Shown here: piece by piece, positions 9,040 through 18,441 of the stretch
Position numbering within the stretch: position 1 is the stretch's first letter
How the letters are laid out: each line of letters opens with the position of its first letter
Source: Candidatus Hydrogenedentota bacterium
Lineage (GTDB): Bacteria > Hydrogenedentota > Hydrogenedentia > Hydrogenedentales > JAEUWI01
Assembly: GCA_034669905.1 (NCBI GenBank)
Contig: JAXMOL010000018.1
Location: forward strand, 72,491 to 136,490
Length of the DNA stretch: 64,000 bases
Direction of reading: 5' to 3'
Notes under the pieces: generated by a model
Seen by the model: the letters and a program-made list of their open reading frames with translations, nothing else
Database searches by the model: none
What the model was told of the DNA's origin: nothing
Position numbers and translations under genes: made by a program

Positions 9040-12000
9040 ATGAAGCGGTTTCTCTATACAGCAATTGCGCTGCTCTGTGTGTTGGTCGCAGTGGGTGCTT
9101 TCTACCGATGGCAACAGGGGAAAATACGCCTCCTGGTGGAGGAAAGCCACGCTCCTCCGTCAACCAGCCTGGCATCCTCAAACACGGCCAATCCGATAGA
9201 TACAGCGCGCGTACCGGTTGCGCCGCTGGAAGGGATCACCCGAGGGGAAGGGGTTATCTGGGGACGAATTGTCGCGGATGAGTCCCAGTCAGACCCCAAG
9301 ACCCTGAAGGTCCAGTGTGTGCTTCATGGGCTCGGCGGACCTCAGTACTACCCCGAACAGGCACCCGATGAAAATGGCCGCTTTTCCTGCGAGCAACTCA
9401 CTTGGGGGCGCTATACCGTACGGGCCGTCTCCGAAAAAGGCGTTGCATACGAAACGGTTCGCCTCTCATCGACACAACGGGTCCGGGAAGTGTCCCTTGC
9501 TCTAAGCCCGGGCCGGCCGTTTGCAGGCGTGGTGTTGGATGAAAACCGCGTTCCCATTGAAGGCGCCCGCGTGGAAGTCAGCCAGTGGCAGGCCACGGGC
9601 AACGGTGCCGATAGCTATCCGGTGGAGGGCGCCGATTACCTCGTGGGAACTACCGACGGACAAGGCGGCTTTCGGATTGAGGGTGTCCCCGTGGGGCTTA
9701 CAGAAGCCAGGCGACACTATCGGTTACTTGCCACGGCCGATGGCTACCCGGACACGCCCAGTGCATACCATGTGCCCGGAACGGAAGACATAGAGATTAT
9801 GCTGGGGACCGGGGGACACGCCGAAGGGGTGGTCGTGTTGAATGAGACCAATGAGCCTGTTCCGGGCATTGCCATACAAACCCGGATTGCCGGGTCGGTG
9901 CTGGAGGTGATTTCCGATGCGCAGGGGCGGTTTCAGTTTTCGCCGCTGGCCGCAGGCTCCTATGAGGCCCTCGTGCTCGATGCGGATTGGGTGGCCATGG
10001 AGCCCCGATACCCCTTCGTCGTGGCGGAAGGCCAGTCCACGCAGGTGCCGCAGATTCGTATCACCGAGGGCGCTCGTATCGCAGGAAGCGTGACGGAACG
10101 GGGTTCTGGAAACGGGGTGGCCCGCGCCACTGTGCAACTCTCGGCAATGGACGGGACGCCCGGGGAATCGCGCGCTGCCCGTGAGGTCCAGAGTGGGGAG
10201 GATGGAAGTTACACGATCACGGGATTGCGTGGCGGTACCTATCGCGTGCGCGTCTCCGGTCCGCCCGGATATTTTGTTCCAGCACCCTACAAAGAAAACG
10301 GGGAACAGTCGATCGCCCTGATGGTTGGCGTACGACAGGAACCGGTCAACTTCGTCCTTGGTCGGGGCATCGTGGTGACGGGGCAAGTGCACGACCCAGA
10401 GGGGCGGGGCATCCCCGGCGCAGAAGTGACGGCCATTGCCGAAACGACCGAGACCACCACCCTGGCCGAAACGGATGGCGACGGTGCCTTTTCGTTGACC
10501 CTCCCGGGGAGGGATGAGCACATTGAGCTCTACGCGCAGAAGCCAGGCTTTATTGGCGATCCGGTCTATCTCGATGGCGATACCCTTGTCACGCCGCCTG
10601 AAATTGTGTTAGTGCTCTCGCCCGCCTCCGCTGTCGCCGGCACGGTGACTAACTCGCTGGGGACCGCTTGCGACGGAGCGACCGTCCTGCTGGCCGCTAT
10701 TGAAGGGGATGAATTTACCAATATCCGGACGGTGACAACGGATCGTGATGGCGCCTTCGAGTTCGACTATCTGAAACCGGGAGACTATCTGCTTCGAGCG
10801 GGTCACTACGATAGCACGTCGAAGCCGGCACCGCGTGCGCCCGGAGAGTTGCAAGTCACATTGGCCGCCGGTGAGTCCCAACAAGGACTTCGCCTGCTCC
10901 TGGGTGACGAGGGTCAGTCCATTTCGGGGCGCGTAACCGACGGCGATGGCAGGCCCTTCCAGCATGCCGTTGTTTTCGTCTGGGGGCGACCGGGAATGCC
11001 TTCGCTGGCCTATGCCCACTCCGACGAAGACGGATTCTATCGGGTCTCTGGTCTTCCACCCGGTGAGTACATCATGGCGGCCCAGGCACCGAAGGTGAGT
11101 GCGGATCGAAAGACAGGCGTGGCTGCCGGGAGCACCGGCATCGATTTTGTCATGGTAGAGCCGGGAGTCATCGTCGGCCAGGTCGTGGATGCTTCGACTC
11201 GGGAACCCGTGACCTCCTTCTCCATTGCCGTCCGCCATGCCGATGAACCCAAAGTCGTCCAGCATCTCAAGTTCCGGCAGGTGCAGGAGCCCGAAGGGCG
11301 CTTCCGTATCGAAGGGGCAAGCGTGGGTGAAAACACGATTTTCCTTCGCGCGCCCGATCACATGGACGGGGAATTCACGGTGCCCCAGGTTATATCCGGG
11401 CAGACTACCGCCGAGCAAATCTTCACGTTGGAACCCGGACTCATAATTCAAGGGACCGTATCGTCCCCTGGTGGTGAGGGACTGGCAGGAGCACGTGTGC
11501 TGGCAGATCCTGGTACCTCGCCTTTTTATCGCATGTCTGATGCCCGGGCGGTGTCCGACCAGAACGGTAACTTCGTGATCCGTAAACTGGAGGATGCGAC
11601 GTATACCGTCGTGGCTATTCATCCGGACTTCACCAGTGCGCAGGTTCAGGCCCATCCGGCTTCCGATAAGCCCGTGAATATTGTGCTGGGCAATGGGGGT
11701 GTCGTCGAGGGGGCTGTCACGGTGGGCGGTGAAGCAAGGGCCGGCGCATCGGTTTCACTGACCACGGGGGATCAGGTGAGTAAGTCGACCCGTACAGATG
11801 ATCGGGGTGAGTTCCGATTGGCGGGTGCCCTCCCTGGCGCCGCGCTGGTACGCGTACAAGTAGGCGTTCATCCATCGCCTGAGTATAGAAAACAAGAACG
11901 GAACGTTGACGTGCGCGAGGGGCAGACCACGGAAGTACACGTCGATTTTCCCAACGCCAGCGCCCAGTTGGAGGGTACCGTATACGGATTGGACGGCAAC

Positions 12001-12561
12001 CCGGTGGCCGCCGATGTGGTCGTGAGAGTCTATACGGAAGACGGTATGGAGCGCATGGGGCAATCTTGCGGTGACGATGGCTTCTTCCTCTTCGATGGGG
12101 TGCCACCGGGAGAAGGGGAACTCACCGTGTCCTTTACGGGCCTGATTCAACGTCGGGTAACGGTAAGTATCCCCGAAGGGGCACAGGTGACCCGGGATAT
12201 TTTTCTGGATAGCGGCTATTCCATACGGTGCAATGTGCAGCCACCATCGGAGCCCTTTGATCAGATTCGGCTGATGGCAGTGCCGGGCGAGCACTTTCTA
12301 TCTCGGGCAGATTCTGATATCCTGAACGCCTTGCTTGCGGCAGCGATTTCTATGGGTGATTCGTATACGGGAGGCCCGGTGGTTCTTTCCGGCATGGTGC
12401 CGGGGGACTACACGGTCATCGCATGGGTAAATACCACTGCGTATCGTGAGGCACAAGACCCCACGGAGCGCGCGCGCTTGAAGTTGGAGCGACCCATTCG
12501 CGTCGTACCGGTGGTGGTGAGTGGCGACAATGCAAATCCTGAAGTACAGATTGATTTTTGA
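9040..12561 (+). CDS. Membrane-anchored protein of ~11-12 carboxypeptidase-regulatory-like (CnaB/prealbumin-like) domains
   Basis: N-terminal TM; repeated units such as SISGRVTDGDGRP...SDEDGFYRVSGLPPGEY; start moved to ATG 9040. Confidence 0.85.
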   Translation: MKRFLYTAIALLCVLVAVGAFYRWQQGKIRLLVEESHAPPSTSLASSNTANPIDTARVPVAPLEGITRGEGVIWGRIVADESQSDPKTLKVQCVLHGLGGPQYYPEQAPDENGRFSCEQLTWGRYTVRAVSEKGVAYETVRLSSTQRVREVSLALSPGRPFAGVVLDENRVPIEGARVEVSQWQATGNGADSYPVEGADYLVGTTDGQGGFRIEGVPVGLTEARRHYRLLATADGYPDTPSAYHVPGTEDIEIMLGTGGHAEGVVVLNETNEPVPGIAIQTRIAGSVLEVISDAQGRFQFSPLAAGSYEALVLDADWVAMEPRYPFVVAEGQSTQVPQIRITEGARIAGSVTERGSGNGVARATVQLSAMDGTPGESRAAREVQSGEDGSYTITGLRGGTYRVRVSGPPGYFVPAPYKENGEQSIALMVGVRQEPVNFVLGRGIVVTGQVHDPEGRGIPGAEVTAIAETTETTTLAETDGDGAFSLTLPGRDEHIELYAQKPGFIGDPVYLDGDTLVTPPEIVLVLSPASAVAGTVTNSLGTACDGATVLLAAIEGDEFTNIRTVTTDRDGAFEFDYLKPGDYLLRAGHYDSTSKPAPRAPGELQVTLAAGESQQGLRLLLGDEGQSISGRVTDGDGRPFQHAVVFVWGRPGMPSLAYAHSDEDGFYRVSGLPPGEYIMAAQAPKVSADRKTGVAAGSTGIDFVMVEPGVIVGQVVDASTREPVTSFSIAVRHADEPKVVQHLKFRQVQEPEGRFRIEGASVGENTIFLRAPDHMDGEFTVPQVISGQTTAEQIFTLEPGLIIQGTVSSPGGEGLAGARVLADPGTSPFYRMSDARAVSDQNGNFVIRKLEDATYTVVAIHPDFTSAQVQAHPASDKPVNIVLGNGGVVEGAVTVGGEARAGASVSLTTGDQVSKSTRTDDRGEFRLAGALPGAALVRVQVGVHPSPEYRKQERNVDVREGQTTEVHVDFPNASAQLEGTVYGLDGNPVAADVVVRVYTEDGMERMGQSCGDDGFFLFDGVPPGEGELTVSFTGLIQRRVTVSIPEGAQVTRDIFLDSGYSIRCNVQPPSEPFDQIRLMAVPGEHFLSRADSDILNALLAAAISMGDSYTGGPVVLSGMVPGDYTVIAWVNTTAYREAQDPTERARLKLERPIRVVPVVVSGDNANPEVQIDF

Positions 12562-12570
12562 GGGCACAAC

Positions 12571-13683
12571 ATGCGGGCGTTGGAAAATAGAAAAATCGTG
12601 GGAATGCCATACGGTCTGCCGGGTCTTTGCGGGCGTAGTGGCGGTGCCGGGCCAGGGCGCCTCGGGCACTGGTTCCTACTCATTTTCCTCGGGTGCATGC
12701 CGGGCTTCCCCGCGGCTTCTGCTCCAGATGATTCCCTCGTTTTGTACGAGATTATTACCGCAGAGCACGAAAAGGCGCTTAAGCGATTGGAGACCCTGCG
12801 CTTCGAATATACCCGGACGATGGAAGAATTTCGCAGGGTAGATGACCAGGCCCTTCGGGTGCTTACGACGGTGACGGGGGCGGAGGAGAGCCGGGAAGGG
12901 CAACTGTTTTGCGATGTGGCCTTCGCGCACAAATTTCCAGACGGCAACCCGAGGGGATTTGAAGAGGCGTGGGCCAAACGCCTGGTGGTGAACAAGCAGC
13001 AGGTGGCGAGTTGGAATGTTGGCAGCCACCGGGCGGACAGTTGGGAAGTTCCGGTTGCCAGCGAGGCCGCGCGCATCGTGGATCGGCAATTCTTGACGCT
13101 GCGTTGCCCCTTGTTAATAAAAGCCTACGGCGATGACAACATGACGCTGTCGGAGTTCAAGAACTATCTCAAACGTCACAACAACTGGCGTGTCACGGTA
13201 GAGACGCGGGAGGACGGTGATGACACCCTCTACGTGGTTACCCAGTATGCGGATGCTGCGAAAGAGAAGCCCTACAAACAATTGACCCTTTCCGGCCACC
13301 AGGGATTCATGGTGCGCGAGATTACCCATTTTACGGAGGGGGGCGCGGTTTACCAGAAGACCCAGGTGACGCCCAAAGAGATTGCGCCGGGTGTCTGGTT
13401 TCCCATGCACTATGAAACGGTTGGTTATGCGACGGAAGGCGAAGGCGGTGAATCCGATCCGGTGAAGGTAGACTATCGCTCGGGCTGTGAGGTGCACACG
13501 GTTACGTTGGCTCCCGAAGCCCCAGCGCATGGCTTTGGGCTCGAGGCACTGGGGGTGGCCGACGGGCAGGGATTTAACCTGCACCAGAGTTCCGGAAAGA
13601 ACGAGGCCCAGGTGTTTTTTCAGGGGGAGTTGTTGCCGCCAGACGTATACCGCGAGTTTGTCGCATTGCAGTCCGAACCCTGA
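12571..13683 (+). CDS. Exported hypothetical protein, possible LolA-like/lipoprotein-sorting fold
   Basis: Hydrophobic N-terminal segment; beta-rich body with EIAPGVWFPM; 9 nt after the previous gene; true start uncertain. Confidence 0.6.
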   Translation: MRALENRKIVGMPYGLPGLCGRSGGAGPGRLGHWFLLIFLGCMPGFPAASAPDDSLVLYEIITAEHEKALKRLETLRFEYTRTMEEFRRVDDQALRVLTTVTGAEESREGQLFCDVAFAHKFPDGNPRGFEEAWAKRLVVNKQQVASWNVGSHRADSWEVPVASEAARIVDRQFLTLRCPLLIKAYGDDNMTLSEFKNYLKRHNNWRVTVETREDGDDTLYVVTQYADAAKEKPYKQLTLSGHQGFMVREITHFTEGGAVYQKTQVTPKEIAPGVWFPMHYETVGYATEGEGGESDPVKVDYRSGCEVHTVTLAPEAPAHGFGLEALGVADGQGFNLHQSSGKNEAQVFFQGELLPPDVYREFVALQSEP

Positions 13684-13734
13684 ATGGACCGGATGAAAGA
13701 TTCCACCATTCCGTAACCAGAAGGATATCAGTCG

Positions 13735-14208
13735 ATGATTCGAAATTACGCATACCTGAGTGGCGCTTCCCTCTTGGTGATAGCCGTGGCCCTGACCCCC
13801 TTGCTACTGTTGGCGCCGCCCGTATTGGCAAGTGGTACGCCCTGCTACAGCCCCGGGTCACGGGAGCCGGAAGAGGAGCTCGTGACCTGTGCTTCCCAGT
13901 GTGACTATGGCACCTACTGCCGCTACAACTATGAAACCTTGACCTATACCTACACCATCTGCAGCGTGGGGGGAACGGGCTCGGAGCAACAGTGCGAAGA
14001 GGTGGAAGTGGTCGTTGAGGAACGGACCCGCTGCATTAAAGATGCCACGAAAGAGTGTGACTCGCCACCGTGGCCTCCGGGATGTGTGTCGGGTGGATGT
14101 GTCGAAAACAGCAATGAATACCAATGCAAGGTCGATCCGAATCGCACCACGCTCATCGTCAAGGAAGACAAACTCCTCCCTTATGAGACCTTCCAGAGTT
14201 GTGACTGA
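13735..14208 (+). CDS. Small secreted cysteine-rich protein (12 Cys)
   Basis: Signal peptide ending PVLA|S; acidic ~125-aa mature part with 12 Cys; AGAAGGA upstream. Confidence 0.75.
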   Translation: MIRNYAYLSGASLLVIAVALTPLLLLAPPVLASGTPCYSPGSREPEEELVTCASQCDYGTYCRYNYETLTYTYTICSVGGTGSEQQCEEVEVVVEERTRCIKDATKECDSPPWPPGCVSGGCVENSNEYQCKVDPNRTTLIVKEDKLLPYETFQSCD

Positions 14209-14242
14209 CGGGTATCGCGAATACGTTGCCGGTGGGGGGCGC

Positions 14243-15283
14243 ATGGTTGCTCCCCGGTGCCCGCAGGGCGGGGGAGACGTTGCCCGGTGGCGCCCTTCGT
14301 GGCGGGTGCTGACAGTCGTCGTGGCCCTGGCAAACCTTGCGGTCCTCGTCAGTGCTCCCCACGCATTCGCCGATCACCCTCCGGTCCTTCTCGCCCCAGA
14401 TGCCCAGGTGGTCACGGTGGAGTTGGGCGAGATGCGCCGGGGTGGCCACATGGAACTCCAGATTCCAGTGCAAAACCCACTTGGGTTCCCAGCCACAATT
14501 CACAACGTCCACTCATCCTGTTCGTGTACCGTCGCAAAGAATGTCGCGGGGGACACCCTCGCTCCGGGTGAAGCCCTTTCGCTGCCTCTTAGCCTCAACC
14601 TCGCGAACAAGTCCGGCAAGTTTCACCAATCGGTGCACCTGGGCCTTGCCCCGCCCGTTGGGGATGTCACGATTAAGCTGCGCGGCGTGGTGGTGGAAGA
14701 GTACCCCGCGGAGATACACGTCGAGAACTTGCGCGCCGGTGAATCGACACGCGAGCGTTTCCTGTTGCGGACGTGGCCGGGACAGCCCCCCCTGCGCGTA
14801 GAGAAAGCCGTGTCCGATGTGCCGGGCATCGACTTGGCCATTGAGGAAGTCGATGCGAATACGGTAGCGGTGGAACTGGTCATCACGGCTGGAGCGCGGG
14901 GTGAACAGCTCGAGGGACAAGTTTCGCTGCACACCAATGATTCGGAAGTGCCCCTGAAGGCCCTGCGGGTCCATGCTTCGGTCTTGGATTCCCTGGAGCC
15001 GTCGGTGGAAAAGCTGGTCTTTGGCGCCGTCAAGCCCGGTGCGGCACAGACCCTGACCATGACGGTATCCACGCCGTACACGACCGACACCCCGGTTTTC
15101 CGTCTGGAGCAGAAAAATGATGACCGTTTCGCCATCACCCTCACGCCGTCGCCGGGTAAGTGCGTGCTCGAGGCGACCGTCCGCGCGAAGGATTCAGATC
15201 GTGGCATTCTGCGCGACACGATCGTGCTGATTAGCGCCGACGGAACTTCGCTGGTGATTCCGGCCTTCGCCCTGGTGCAATAA
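14243..15283 (+). CDS. DUF1573 domain protein with tandem Ig-like domains
   Basis: Signal peptide; VQNPLGFPATIHNVHSSCSCT...LAPGE is the DUF1573 motif; start moved to ATG 14243. Confidence 0.8.
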   Translation: MVAPRCPQGGGDVARWRPSWRVLTVVVALANLAVLVSAPHAFADHPPVLLAPDAQVVTVELGEMRRGGHMELQIPVQNPLGFPATIHNVHSSCSCTVAKNVAGDTLAPGEALSLPLSLNLANKSGKFHQSVHLGLAPPVGDVTIKLRGVVVEEYPAEIHVENLRAGESTRERFLLRTWPGQPPLRVEKAVSDVPGIDLAIEEVDANTVAVELVITAGARGEQLEGQVSLHTNDSEVPLKALRVHASVLDSLEPSVEKLVFGAVKPGAAQTLTMTVSTPYTTDTPVFRLEQKNDDRFAITLTPSPGKCVLEATVRAKDSDRGILRDTIVLISADGTSLVIPAFALVQ

Positions 15284-15298
15284 GGTGGACGTCCCGAT

Positions 15299-16438
15299 TC
15301 AGGCGTTATTCGCCTGAATCGCCTTTACCCCGGCAATGAGGGTGTCCATGTGCGATTCTGACAGAAGCAACATCGTCTGGGGTATCCACAACCCTTCCTC
15401 CCGACACAGTGCTTCGGTTGCAGGACAACTGCAAGCCCCGTAGTCGTGGCGCTCAAGAAATTTCTGGAAAACGGGTTGCTCGTAGAGGGGAATGGGATAG
15501 CCCGCACCAATGGGAAGGCCGGCCGCCTCTGCCTTTTTCAGGAATGCGTCCCGCGACATACCAAAGGCCTGGGCATCAAAACGGATGCAATATAAATGGT
15601 AGGAACGGCGGGTCATTTCTGACGGCGTCGGCTGGGGGGTGATTCCTGGGATGGCTCCCAGGCCCGCATCAAGTTGGGCAGCCCGGGCCTCCCGGGTGGC
15701 CAGTTGCTCGGGGTACCGTTCCAATTGCGCGAGCAGGAGGGCCGCGCCAAACTCCGTGAGACGGGCGTTCGTACCCAGATTAATGTGGTGATACCAGGCC
15801 GCCCCCTCTTCCCGGCCACAATTCACAATGCTGCGGCACCGGGCCGCCAACGCCGCATCGTTGGACACAATAATGCCGCCTTCACCTGCCGTGAGATTCT
15901 TCGACTCCTGGAAACTGAAAACGCCACAACAGCCGATGGTCCCCGCACCACGCTCCTGCGAGGCGCTGCCCCAGGCATGACAGGCGTCTTCGATGAGATG
16001 TAGGCCGTGTGTATCCGCCAGGGCCTTGAAGGCGTCGATGTGGGCCATTGAACCCCCAAAATGGACGGGCATGATGGCCTTGCATTGGGGGGTAATCGCG
16101 GCTTCCACGGCCACCGGATTCATACACCAGCTTTCGTCCACGTCGGCGAATACCGGTGTGGCACCCACCCGAAGGACCGCCGTGGCCGTGGCGATAAAGG
16201 TGTAGGGGGGCACGATGACCTCATCGCCCGGTCCGATTTCCAGGGCCTCAAGCACCACTTCCAGGGCGGTGGTGCCGCTGGTGCAGGCGACGCCGTGTTC
16301 GGCTCCCTGAAACGCGGCATAGGCGGCTTCAAAGGCACGCACTTCATCGCCATTAAACCATTGTCGGCGCTCTAATACACGGGTCAAGGCGGCTCGTTCA
16401 TGGTCGTCGTATACCGGCCAGGATGCTTCAAATGACAT
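15299..16438 (-). CDS. DegT/DnrJ/EryC1/StrS PLP-dependent aminotransferase
   Basis: SGTTAL, GDEVIVPPYTFIAT, IEDACHAWG, FSFQESKNLTAGEGG. Confidence 0.93.
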   Translation of the reverse strand: MSFEASWPVYDDHERAALTRVLERRQWFNGDEVRAFEAAYAAFQGAEHGVACTSGTTALEVVLEALEIGPGDEVIVPPYTFIATATAVLRVGATPVFADVDESWCMNPVAVEAAITPQCKAIMPVHFGGSMAHIDAFKALADTHGLHLIEDACHAWGSASQERGAGTIGCCGVFSFQESKNLTAGEGGIIVSNDAALAARCRSIVNCGREEGAAWYHHINLGTNARLTEFGAALLLAQLERYPEQLATREARAAQLDAGLGAIPGITPQPTPSEMTRRSYHLYCIRFDAQAFGMSRDAFLKKAEAAGLPIGAGYPIPLYEQPVFQKFLERHDYGACSCPATEALCREEGLWIPQTMLLLSESHMDTLIAGVKAIQANNA

Positions 16439-16664
16439 GGAGGGAGAGTTCCTGTTAGAAAATGGGTGTGAATAGTGATAATTATATACTTCGGGTGAAC
16501 AAGTCTAGGCAGATTGCCCCCGCTGTGCTAGACTAAATCATTGGTTGACACCAGTGCAAGCGGATCCGGGTTCCGAGGGTGTCGTGGTAAATGGGTTCTA
16601 ACGGGAGGACGTGTAGAAGGATTGGCTCAAGGAATCAGGTGACGAATCGAAGGAGGTAGTGTGT

Positions 16665-17159
16665 ATGCAGACGATTGGAGATGTCATTAAACCGCGGGAT
16701 ATCTATTGGGTCAGTGCCGATGACTCGATAAGACAGACCGTTCGCTACATTTGCGAGCGGAAGACCGGGGCGGTGGCCGTTAAAGAAGGTGAAGACGTCG
16801 TGGGGGTCTTTTCGGAACGAGACCTTATGCACCGCGTCGTTAACGCCGGAATCGACATGGATAGCACGACGGTGAAGGAGGTAATGACTTCGGACCCCTA
16901 TTCCGTTTCGATGGAAGACGAAATCCGCTACGCAAAGGCGGTCATGTTCAAATTTAACGTGCGCCATCTGGTGGTGGTGGGTAAGGGAGACGTGTTCAAG
17001 GGCCTGGTGTCCATGCGTGACCTTATAGAAATTGATATGGCCGAATCTTCCGAGATGATAGAAAAACTCAACGATGGGTACTACGAGTCGGCCTATCGGA
17101 GCCGTTGGCGTATGTCATCAAATCGCGTCATTGAAGAGCGCTATCAGCCACAGCAATAA
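16665..17159 (+). CDS. CBS-pair domain protein
   Basis: VGVFSERDL...VKEVMT...VRHLVVV...GLVSMRDL; AGGAGG RBS 16651-16656. Confidence 0.9.
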   Translation: MQTIGDVIKPRDIYWVSADDSIRQTVRYICERKTGAVAVKEGEDVVGVFSERDLMHRVVNAGIDMDSTTVKEVMTSDPYSVSMEDEIRYAKAVMFKFNVRHLVVVGKGDVFKGLVSMRDLIEIDMAESSEMIEKLNDGYYESAYRSRWRMSSNRVIEERYQPQQ

Positions 17160-17179
17160 TCGCGCACCCCATAACATTT

Positions 17180-17217
17180 CCCCCTGACCGGCAGCTGTTT
17201 GGTCAGGGGGTTTCTCT
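17180..17217 (+). terminator. Intrinsic terminator after the CBS gene
   Basis: CCCCCTGACC/GGTCAGGGGG 10-bp stem followed by TTTCTCT. Confidence 0.65.
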
Positions 17218-17452
17218 ATGTTCTTGGAGGCGCAGGCGATTTTTGTGCGTTGTGGTTGCATACGCCCGTGCCAACGGGCGATACTATGTGGCCTATTACG
17301 ACTTTTCTGCCCCCGGAGACCACCGCGCAACACGTCGCGTCGGGACAGGAAGGTCAGCCCAGCGCCCGAGGTATGCATGCCGTCGAGAGGGTGTAGCTGA
17401 TGCGAACACAGGAATTAACCCTACCCCAGTGGGGTAATCGGGAGAATCATAG

Positions 17453-18385
17453 ATGGCCCAGATGCAGCCCGGCGATTTCGCCTATTTTGAAGGGAAATTT
17501 GTGCCCACGGAGGAGGCACGTCTGAGTGTCATGACCCATGCCTTCAACTACGGAACTGCGCTGTTTGAAGGTATTCGCGGTTACTACAACGCCGAGGAAG
17601 ACAATGTCTTTATCTTCCGGCTCCCGGAACATATTGACCGTTTCGTGCGCAATTTCAGTATTCTCTGTATGGAGATTCCGGAAGACCGGGACCGGATTGA
17701 AGAGATCTGTCTCGAAGTCGCCCGAAAGAGCGCCCTGCGTGAAGACATCTATCTCCGTCCCATCTGCTACAAAGACCAACTCAGTTTGGGGCCAGCGGTG
17801 TACGGCGTTTCCAGCTCCATGTGCTGTTACCTCATCAAACTCGGAGACTACGTCGATACCACCGAAGGCCTCGATGTGGCCATTTCTTCCTGGCGCCGCC
17901 TCTCCGACAACGCGATTCCGACCCGGGCCAAGACGACCGGTAGCTATATCAATTCCTCGCTGGCGGCCACCGAGGCCAAGCGCTCGGGCTTTCATGAGGC
18001 CATTTTCCTGCGGGAAGACGGTACGGTAGCCGAAGGCAGTGCCATGAATCTCTTCGTTATTCAAGGTAACCAGTTGATCACGCCGCCACCCAATGCGGAT
18101 ATTCTCGTCGGTATCACCCGCAATACCATCATGCAGCTTGCGGAAGAGCAATTCGGCATGAAGATCGTCGAACGGCCCATCGCGCGGACCGAGTTGTATA
18201 TCAGTGATGAAGCGTTCTTTTGCGGGACAGGCGCGCAGGTAGCCCCCATTCGTTCCGTCGACCGCCGCCTCATCGGTGACGGAAAGCCCGGTGAAAAGAC
18301 AAAGCAACTCCAGGATTACTACTTTGACGTCGTGCAAGGCAAAGTGCCGGAGTATCGCCACTGGTGCGCACCGGTCTTCAGCTAA
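17453..18385 (+). CDS. ilvE: Branched-chain amino acid aminotransferase
   Basis: HAFNYGTALFEGIRGY, RAKTTGSYINS, AEGSAMNLF, ILVGITR, EAFFCGTGAQV. Confidence 0.93.
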   Translation: MAQMQPGDFAYFEGKFVPTEEARLSVMTHAFNYGTALFEGIRGYYNAEEDNVFIFRLPEHIDRFVRNFSILCMEIPEDRDRIEEICLEVARKSALREDIYLRPICYKDQLSLGPAVYGVSSSMCCYLIKLGDYVDTTEGLDVAISSWRRLSDNAIPTRAKTTGSYINSSLAATEAKRSGFHEAIFLREDGTVAEGSAMNLFVIQGNQLITPPPNADILVGITRNTIMQLAEEQFGMKIVERPIARTELYISDEAFFCGTGAQVAPIRSVDRRLIGDGKPGEKTKQLQDYYFDVVQGKVPEYRHWCAPVFS

Positions 18386-18407
18386 TCCCCAATTTTGAAT
18401 GCCTTGG

Positions 18408-18441
18408 AGAGCGCCCGGCGTGTTTCGGGCGCTCTTTTCTT
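18408..18441 (+). terminator. Intrinsic terminator between convergent ilvE and aldolase genes
   Basis: AGAGCGCCCG/CGGGCGCTCT stem followed by a T-rich tract. Confidence 0.7.

Noticed and set aside
14015..14242. 5' extension of the DUF1573 ORF
   Set aside because: Overlaps the Cys-rich gene; the signal peptide only follows ATG 14243.
16440..16660. Riboswitch or ncRNA between degT and the CBS gene
   Set aside because: Only promoter-like boxes seen; no recognisable RNA family motif by eye.
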